A DNA stretch of 64,000 bases, taken from NCBI GenBank assembly GCA_043228905.1, contig JBHGNT010000017.1:7998001-8062000 (forward strand), in the 5' to 3' direction. The notes beneath the pieces were generated by a model, which had not been told where the DNA came from, searched no databases, and worked only from the letters and a program-made list of their open reading frames with translations. Position numbers and translations under genes: made by a program. This document shows positions 54,749-64,000 of this stretch, in pieces (positions within the stretch are counted from its first letter, which is position 1; each line of letters starts with the position of its first letter). This stretch comes from Azolla caroliniana (taxonomy: Eukaryota > Plantae > Polypodiophyta).

Positions 54749-56514
54749 TGTTGCGCGAGCAAGCTCAACTTGGGCCGGATCGGCTGAAGAAGTCGGGAGC
54801 CGGATCGGATAGAGACCGATCGGCGAGAGCCAGAAGGCCCTTGGAAAGATATTCCACGAAGGAATATAGTTGGGAGTTAGTGTAGGAGCTCATTTATGAA
54901 TATTCAAGTAATGACGGTACTTGTGCTAGTCCTTTTAAGGACTCATATAAAGGTGCTCTCTGAGCACATTAGATGTACAAAACAGAGCGTATTATTTTGA
55001 AATCAAGTTTTTGTTATTTGTCTGTCTGTCTCTCTCTCACACACTACTCGGTGTATTCCATTCTCTACGTTTTCCATTGCTATCCGGCTGGGCCGGTTGT
55101 GGTCCGTGTTTAGCTTCCGCATTGTAATCTTTACATGGTATTAGAGCACGAGGGTTAGAACATCCTTTGCTACCGACAAGAACATTCAAACACAGAGCCA
55201 AGGAAGTTTTCTTTTTTTTCGAAAAACAGAAGAGAAATGGATAGAGGAATGACTAGCTCGCTTCCGATAGAGAAGCTCGACAGAAGCAACTACGCATCTT
55301 GGTCGTACAAGATGTAGTAGTACTTGCTCGGACATGGATACTAGAGTTATGTCGACGGAGCTAATGATGTAGAACCGGATGTGACACACAGGGACTTTCC
55401 GGCTTGGGAACAAGTGGCAAGCAAGGTAATGTACTACTTCGCGTCTAGTTTTGGCGACTAGGTTTTGAGCTACATTCGGGACGCCAAAACGCCAAAGGAT
55501 GCTTGGGGAAATCTAAAGAAGATTTTCACCGCGAGCACCACATCCAAAAAGCTTCAATTCAGACAGAAGTTGAGCAATGTTCGAGAAAGAGACATGTCGG
55601 TGGCTGACTACACCTCCAAGGTCAAGGATATATGTGACTTCTTGCCTCCGTCAACGCGAACGTCGAGGAGGACGAAATGGTGCAGGTTTGCTTCGGAGGG
55701 TTGGCATCAAAGTTCAGATAATTCCGAACGGTGGTCTGCACGAGGGAGAATACGCCTTTGTTTTTCGAGCTACAATCGATGTTGCTCATAGAAGAAAACC
55801 ACTCGGGTGCGTCGACGAGTATGCACACTGATAGCAAGATGTTGTACACAGAGGAAGATAGGCCCCCCTGGTCGTGGTGGACGAGGCGGATCGACATTCA
55901 ATGGAGGTGGCTGACAGGAGCAAAACCGAAGGCATAATCAAAATTTCGACAACCATTCCGGACCCTCCGGAAACAGGAGGAGTCAAGGCTGTGCCGGAAA
56001 CCGGCAAGCAAAGGCCAAAATGGAATGCTGGTATTGTGCTTGGAAGGGCCATAGAGAGAGTTAGTGTTGGAAGAAGCACTCCGATTCGGACAAACCTCGA
56101 TCAAGCAGGATTGACCCGGACAAGCGTCAAAGATCACACTACGCCGAAGGCTCAGGAGGAGCCGGAAATGGATCGGGCCCAACCTTTGTGATAAAAGACA
56201 AGGCTAATTCAATGAAGACAAGCACCTTGAAACTGAATGAGGCATGGTATGTTCATTCCGGAGCGTCGAACCATATGACAAGCCACGAAGAGTGGTTCTC
56301 TTACTTGGAGAAATCGGAAAAACCGGGGGTCATCGAAACCAGTGACGATACCCTACATACCATCGAACATGTCGGTGAAGTTCCCTTAAACCACATTGGA
56401 CAGAAGGGGAAGCTGATGAATGTTCTGCACGTCCCGACAATCACAAAGAATCTGGTGTCAGTTGGATAGATTGTTGACCAAGGGATGCAGAATCCAAGAA
56501 GAGGGCAAAGTCAT
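54749..56514 (+). mobile_element. Ty1/copia 5' portion (LTR, PBS, gag, protease), degenerate
   Basis: LTR 54749-55135, PBS TGGTATTAGAGC, gag (KLDRSNYASW, IRDAKTPKDAW), protease remnant WYVHSGASNHMT and NVLHVPTITKNLVSVG. Interrupted after EEGKVI. Confidence 0.85.
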
Positions 56515-58074
56515 TTGAAAAGAATAATGTGCGGAAGCTTGTAGACAAACCGGCTCAACCGGATTACAACAATAAAACAGAGAATGAAAGTTTAATGGAA
56601 GCTTAAGAATCGAGAATACATAGGAGAGACAGAGAGATCAGAAAGCATAAACTCAATTCAAAATAATAACACTCTATGTACATATAATGTGCTAAGTGAG
56701 CACTTTTATACAAGTCCTTAAAAGGACTGACAGAAGTACTAACAAGCACTTCAATGCTCATACGAGCGACTAACACTGACTCCAAGGAATCTGCATATGT
56801 ACTAGGCTAGATTCATAGGCCTCTAACATCCTACCAATTACAATCAGGTCCGTCTCTCCGATCGGGCTCTTGGTTCCGGATACGATCCAGACACCGATCC
56901 TATTCTTCGTTCTAGACTTGAATCCGGCTCTGGCTTATTTAGCCGATCCGGATCCGGTTGAGCTTGTCCACTCAACACTCCCCATCAAGCTCAACTTGAG
57001 GTCGGATCGTAGTGTCAATGTTAGTGGTAATCGGTCCTCTCCTCCGGCTCCCCATGACGTCCCCCCGCCTTGCTCGCACTCCTTGACTTGTTCGGTCCCA
57101 TTTTCCACGACCCGTCCGGTGTTGCGCCTCTCGACCTTCTCGGTCGGTTTGTTTGCTCATAAGGCCCTTCTCAGCTCCTTCGTTGTTGTGACTTTGGCGC
57201 TTCTCTACCCGTTGGTTCCTCCGTGTCGGTGTCAATTTCAGTTGCCTCCTCGTCTGTTTGGTCTTCAGTTGATCCAGCTCCTCCGAATCGAACTCGTCTT
57301 CAAAATCGGCTGCCTCCGATTCATTCCAACTCTTGTCCAAATTGGTTGTCTCCAATTCGTCCTCAATCATCAAAACCTTCATGACCTTAGACCATGTCCG
57401 TGTCTTGGTCTTCTCGACTTTTCCTCCCTTTTTTGTGGTTGGCTTCGGCTTCGACTCTCCATTCCGGTGGCTCCCCCTACGTCCGATCTCGGCTTCTTCA
57501 GCCATCCTGTGTACTCCGACTTCTTCAATCGGGGCGAAATCGAAATTGGTTTCCGACTCAGCTTTTGGTCGTCTTCCTCATTCCTCCCCATCAAGTTCGG
57601 CATATCGAGGTACTACATTCCCAGTGCACCAGAAAATTGCCGCAACTTGTCTAAGCCGAGGGGTTTGGTGAAGATATCAACCACCTACTGATCCGTCGTA
57701 ACATACTAGTTCCACTTTATTGGAGAGAACACGCTCGCAGACAAAATGATAGTGCACCTTGACGTGCTTAGTTCAGGCGTGAAAGACGATGTTCTTTGCC
57801 AACTGGATGCTGCTAAGGTTGTCGCAATAGATTGTCATCGAATCAGACACCTCCACTAGCAGATCCTTTAGGAGCCTCTTGAGCCATATGGCTTCGCATG
57901 TTGCGACAACCGCTCCTCGGTACTAAGCCTCCGTGCTCGACAATGCTATTGTCGGTTTCTTTTTACTGCTCCAGGCGACCACGACGCTTCCAAGTGAAAA
58001 CACATATCTGGATGTAGACCTACGATCGCCGGCATTTCTAGCCCAATCGGCATCCATGTAGCCGACAAGTTGTC
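56515..58074 (-). mobile_element. Ty1/copia 3' portion ('tailed' family: RH, extension, PPT, 3' LTR) inserted antisense in the previous copia
   Basis: RH remnants ([20 protein letters not shown]), extension ORF 56972..57505 ending RPQVELDGEC, and LTR about 56515-56977 homologous to 21592-21996. Confidence 0.85.
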
Positions 58075-61000
58075 TGATATATACCAACCCCCTGTCCTTG
58101 GTATTATAGATCTTGGTACTAACGTAAGCTTAAGATAAGGATAATGAAAAGATAGAAAGGAGAAAGAGAAAGAAGGGTGCCGATCCACCCGACCACCCCC
58201 GAGCGAAGGGATCGAGACGGACTCGAGCCTCGATCGGCGTCCCATACCACCGCCGTGGCGTCGAGTCGTACCTCGTGCTGGCGCGCTCGCTACAAGAGTT
58301 GACCCACCACATGAGCAGAGTCTCGATGTAGTCAAAAGATCATCAAATGAGGGTAGCTAGGCCTCTTATTTATAGCGATACCCAAGGCCCCCAGGCAAGT
58401 TCACACTTGACCTAATGGGTTGTCTCAATCCCGAGGATTAAAAGTAATCCTCCCCTTCTTTACACTCTCATTTAACCCTCACACTTATCCACGTGTATAG
58501 AATACTACGGTAAATTCTTACCACGGGATATTATATGGTCATGCCCGTAACATACTCCCCCTCTTTAAAACATTGCACTCTTGCAATGGAAAGTTAGGGA
58601 AGTTAGTTTTAAGAGTATTTTCGCGTTCCCATGTGGCATCTTTTATTGATTTATCCATCCATTTTATTTTGAATTCTCGGATTTCTTTAGTACGTAATTT
58701 TTTTGTTTTAAAATCGAGAATTCTTTCTGGTACATGTGGTTTAGAAGATAATTCTTCAGAAGTAACCAGAGTTTCAGTCGTAACTGTATTGTTGCCAGAA
58801 CCTAGAAGTTCTTTTAGACGACTCACATGAAAGACTGGATGAATTCCGACACCATCGGGAAGAGCGAGACGATAGGCTGATGACCCAATGCGTTTGAGGA
58901 CTGTAAAAGGTCCACAAAACCGTGGGGCTAACTTAGCGCACTTACCCGTAGACAGTGTCTTAGAATTGTGAGGTACACGTAAAAATACCTTCTGTCCAGG
59001 GTTGAATACACGAGGTTGCCTATGATGATCGGCATAAAAACACGCTCTATCTTGAGCTGTTTTTATATTATCTCGTGCAATATGCAACATATCTTGCATA
59101 TCCCGAAGAAAGTTTTGCGTACTTCGCAACTCATCATGATGTATAGTAACATCAATCGGGGCTCGTGGCTGAAAACCATACATCAACATAAAAGGACTAT
59201 ATCCCGTCGACGTATGCTTGGAGCTGTTATAAGCAAACTCCAAAATTGGGAGATAACGTTCCCATTTTGTTGGTTTTGCACCAACGTATGCTCGAAGCAT
59301 GTCCGCAATAATTTGATTTACTCGTTCTGTCTGTCCATCGGATTGAGGATGATCCGTGGAGCTCATGCTCAACGTAGTTTCTAACTTCTTAAAGACTTGT
59401 GTCCAGAAGTCACTAGTAAACTTTGGATCTTGATCACTCACGATATCCATCGGTAACCCATAAAAACGAAACAATTCGTCAACGAATTGGTAAGCCAATT
59501 CAGGAGCTGTTACCGTGGTTTTAGTAGCAATAAATCTGGCCATTTTAGTTAGTCGATCAACGACAACCCAGATGGCATCATGACCTTTTTGGGTGCGAGG
59601 AAGGCTAACAATAAAATCCATGGATATACTTTCCCACTTATTATTGGGAATGTCCAAGGGATGTAAAAGTCCTGCGGCTTTAAGTCGCTCGGCTTTGTTA
59701 ACTTGACACTGGTGACATTTAGTCACATAGCTATGTATGTCAGGACGCATCTTAGGCCAATAAAATTGAGTGGAGATGAGAACGAGTGTACGATGTATTC
59801 CAGGGTGCCCTGCGGAGGGTGCATCATGGCATTAAAAAAGAATCCGCTTTTTGACCTCGGGTAAATGTGGAACACAAACCTTCCCATTACGGTAGAGCAA
59901 ACCGTTAGCAATGTGGAAGTATTCCTTCGAGGATGTGGTGGTGTCTGTTCCAGACTCAACTCTTGCCCAGTATTTTGCGAAATAACTGTCATCAGGATAC
60001 TTTCCTCGAAGGTGATCATAAAGATCTGATGATATTTCAGTGAAGCTAAGCGTGTTAACTTCACGGATGCGACTTAGTGCATCAGCGACAATGTTCATGG
60101 AACCTTTACGATATCGTATGGAAAAATCAAAGTCCTGGATGAGATCAGCCCATCGTGCCTTACGACCTTTCAGGTCTTGTTGGTCACAAAAATATTTCAA
60201 GGACTCGTGGTCCGTAGTTACCACAAAGTGATTTCCATAAAGATAATGGCGCCATGTTTTGAGCGCATGTATAACTGCAAATAATTCCTTTTCTTGAATG
60301 GTATACCGACATTGAGCAGAATCAAGTTTCTTACTCTCGAATGCTATTGGTTTACCATCTTGATACAAGACAGCACCTATAGCATAATCGCTTGCATCGG
60401 TTTCAACCTCAAAAGGTTTTGAAGGATCAGGTAAAAGAAGTGAAGGAGCCTTGCAAACCAGGTCCTTGAGTTCCTTAAAGGCAAGGTCTAGTGTAGCATT
60501 CCACACAATAGGTTTTGTAGACTTACGCGTTTGACCTTTTAAAAGATCAGTAAACGGCGTCGTCAATTGGGAGTAATTACGAAGAGACTTTCGCAAAAAC
60601 CCCACAAAACCAAGGAATGATCGAACTTCTCGAATATTCCGAAGAGTGGGCCAAAGCTTGATTTTCTCAATGCGAGAAGGATCAATTTCAACTCCTCGTT
60701 CGGTTATGAGATGTCCTAGATAAGTAATTGATTTCTTGAAGAACTCACATTTTGAGATCTTCGCATAAAACTGTTTGTCACGCAATGTTTGTAAAACAAA
60801 GCGGACATGTCTAGCATGTTCTTGTAATGTACGGCTATAAACTAAAATATCATCCAGGAAAATAACGACAAATTTTCCAAGTTGTTCTCGGAAAATGTCA
60901 TTCATTTCTTGTTGAAAAGTAGCCGGAGCATTGGTCAAACCAAAAGGCATAACCAAAAACTCGTAATGGCCATAGCGCGTACGAAATGCCGTTTTAGGAA

Positions 61001-64000
61001 CATCGTCCTCACTTATTCGTATTTGATGGTAGCCAGTACGGAGATCAAGTTTTGTAAAATACCGAGCTCCCTGGAGACGGTCAATTAGATCGTCAGCCCG
61101 GGGCAATGGATACGAATTCTTGATTGTCACTTTATTCAAGCGCCGGTAATTAATACACATACGCCATGTGCCCTCTTTCTTTTTAACCAAGAGAACTGGT
61201 GCACCCCATGGAGATTTACTATAACGTATATAACCCATTCGTAAATAGTCCTTGAGTTGCTTAGATACCTCATCTTCTTCGGATCGACTTAAGCGATACG
61301 GAGGTATACTTATTGGTGCAACACTAGGTACAATATCTATACGATGGTCTATATTACGTTTAGGGGGTAACCCATCAGGTAGTTCACTTGGAAAAACATC
61401 ATGAAAATCATTTAAGATTTCATCAAGTTGTTGTTGTTCAAAATATGTTAATTGAATCGGGACATTATCGATATTGTAAACGTGAATGTCCGGATCAAGT
61501 ACACAATAAAATAACGTAGAACAAGACAACTCGAATATTGATGGACACGAGGAAACAATCGAGAGGGATTGTTTTTTTACACATTGAATAAAATGCGTAC
61601 AATCGTTCAATACAAAAGAAATGGAATGACGAACCCAATCAATAAATAAAGAAGAGTTTTTATTATAAAACCAGGGATAACCCAGTATTACATCGGTGGT
61701 ACAAAGATTCATTACATGGAAGTCTACTTCCTCTATATAAGTATCAATAGAAATTCCTAATGAATGAATCGCCCCGTTGATGTATTGTACTCTTCCATCA
61801 GCCAAGTGCACCGTGTAGGTGTGATCACTTACGGTGGGTTGGATTCCCCATATCTGAACCAAACGATCATTCACAAAATTGTGTGAGCTTCCCGAATCAA
61901 ATAAAAATTGTACGGGAGATCCATTGATATACCCGTTTGCACGTAGTAAATCATTGGGACCCAATACATAGTGAGGGAAAGAACATTGACAATTACTTAA
62001 ATGATGTGTATAGACCTGAAGGACATTAGGAATCTGACCTTTATGGTCTGCAGCTTTAGCTTTGTTGTCGTGCTCTTTCCGTTGGAGCTTTCGACATTGA
62101 TCTTTTGTATGACCCTTCTTTTTGCAGAATACACAAAAAGGATGTTGTCGCTTACAATCGCGATCCAGGAATTCGTTGGGTGTCTTGCGTTTCCCAACAA
62201 ATTGCAACTGCTTAGTCCCGGGCGCTTCGTTGGGTTTGTTATGGTCCTTCTTCGAAGTGCGTTGATAGCGAAGAACTATCTCAACGGCCTCTTCGAAGGA
62301 TTTTGGATCCTTATCGTGCACTATCCAGTGATAGTCCGAATTGGGGATGCCATTGACAAAACAAGCTATCAACCAATTGTCCCCTTCTAGACCCGATTTT
62401 TGGATTTGGGTTCTAGCATGGTGAACATAGTCTTCTAGCGAGGAAAATTTCATGCTAGAGAGGTTCATTAAAGCTTGTGCTGCCTCGGTTCGAGAGGGAG
62501 GTTGTAGAAATTGGCCCTTAAAAACCGTGACAAAATCTGTCCAGGTATCGGGCAATTTCCCCATAGTACGGAGGCCACGCCACCAGGCGGCGGCCTTACC
62601 CCCGAGTTCTCGGCCGACATATGCAATCTTCGTACTATCTGGCGTGGGATAGAGCTCAAAATGAGACTCCCATCGTCCCAGCCATGTGAAGATTGCTTCT
62701 TCGGTTCTTTCCTTTTTGTCTCCCGTAAATGGCTTAACGACAAATGATGGTTCACCTTGTCGCTCATCAGGTCTATTAGTCTCACGGTGTAGACTAATGA
62801 CACGTGCCTCAAGAGCACTCTGAGATTGCCGAAGTTCGGTCATCTGTTGAGCGGTGAAACTAAGGTATTGGGTTATTTGTGCCAAATACATCTCAGTGGA
62901 CATTTGTCCAGGAGGATTCCCTTGAGTTCCTTCCGCTTGAGCGGATGACATCGGGTCGTTAATTTGAGCCATTAAAGATTATTTCTGGAAAAGAAATAGG
63001 ATAAGGTCAGAGATATAGTCATAACATCTTGTCGTGATGTAAACATATCATGGGCGAGCATTAATCGATATCATTATCTCACGTCAATACCCCTCTAGAC
63101 GTATGAGATGAGGTTCAAGATCAGGTTACTATGGTAACACAAAGGTGTTTTAAAAACCATGGGGGTGACAAATAAATGTCTTTCCCTGATCTCTATATCG
63201 ATTTTTTCATGGTGGCTCCCCGAGGCTCAACCATGTATGTTCGCGTCATGAATAGTTTATACACGAAAAAAAATGTTAACAATAAACTATGTTTCGGTGC
63301 CCACATAAGTGGTTTCGGCTCTTTAAGTCCTATTACGAGGACCCCGAGGTGCACTTAGACCTTAAGTCTAAACATGTGTTATAGTCATATGTATCAAGGA
63401 TGTTGTATGGTCTTGGTCATATTTGAACTCGAGACCTCGAGAACAAATACATTAAACACTTGAGCCAACCAAGTAAGTTGCTCTTCTCGAATGCTTAATG
63501 TTTGATGCGTATAAGAGATATGCGAGGCAATTGATCATATATGTTTTTTTAAAAGAACATATATGTCAAGGGTCCTTATTGCGCCCTCATTTACCAAAAC
63601 TATGTTGGTACGTTACCTAACCTCAAGTCTCGTAATTACGATGGCATACGCCAAAGTGCAACCTAATGGTCAAGCCAAATGAGCCCTCGTTTCGTAGTAG
63701 GCTCACGTGGGCCATCACATGGTCACGTCATTACGAATGCCTCTCGTAAGAACGAGCTCATGGTGGCATCGTATCCATGTAACGAGGGAGGGATGTTGGA
63801 TACGTGCGTCATTGGAGCGACCTCACTTGAAGTGGGTCAAGCCCTACGTACTCAACATCATTTTGGCTATTCGCGTTTCTTTACGTAACGAAATCGAGGT
63901 CGTCAACGGGGTTATCAACAATAAAAAAAATGTTGAAAAAGGGATGGTGACAACACCATTCTCACAAAAATGTGAGGACGGCCACCAACATCCTTTTCCC
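58075..64000 (-). mobile_element. Near-intact chromodomain-containing Ty3/gypsy (chromovirus); 5' LTR lies beyond the window
   Basis: 3' LTR 58075-58552 (TG..CA, TATAAATA at about 58374), PPT AAAGAGGGGGAGTA, single gag-pol frame, and more than 1 kb of non-coding leader. Confidence 0.92.
58539..62972 (-). pseudogene. Single-frame gag-PR-RT-RH-IN-chromodomain polyprotein with one premature stop (59832-59834)
   Basis: ORFs 59832..62972 and 58539..59750 share a frame (RILF*CHDAPSAGHPG). Motifs: [51 protein letters not shown], and chromodomain PERILD..KIKW..DATWE. Confidence 0.9.

Noticed and set aside
56870-57691. 273-aa hydrophobic plus-strand ORF (env-like?)
   Set aside because: It is the antisense of the purine-rich K/E tail. 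The hydrophobicity follows from base composition; the same effect appears at 16381..17031.

Overview
This is a eukaryotic land-plant genomic window. An intact IFT140 gene points to a lineage with flagellated sperm (fern, lycophyte or bryophyte grade). It has three zones. (1) 1-28.2 kb is a dense nest of degenerate LTR retrotransposons: a fungal-type Ty3/gypsy family with TGTCG..CGACA LTRs, a Tcn1/sushi-like chromovirus, several Ty1/copia copies and solo LTRs. (2) 28.3-54.7 kb is an AT-rich gene island with two minus-strand intron-rich genes: a 27-exon IFT140 homologue (about 990 aa, apparently lacking the first WD40 propeller) and a 15-exon alanine aminotransferase. It also holds two hAT MITEs and local tandem duplications. 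(3) 54.7-64 kb is a second nest: copia inside copia, interrupted by a near-intact chromodomain-bearing gypsy element. The most notable sequence-level signals are a Tf1-type self-priming PBS and a PEG10-like -1 frameshift hairpin/pseudoknot in the chromovirus at 2.6-7.7 kb, a G-GAT-TTT frameshift between protease and RT in the host gypsy, the N-terminally shortened IFT140, and a copia family carrying a charged C-terminal pol extension between two PPT-like motifs. All calls come from manual reading and motif recognition; no database searches were run.
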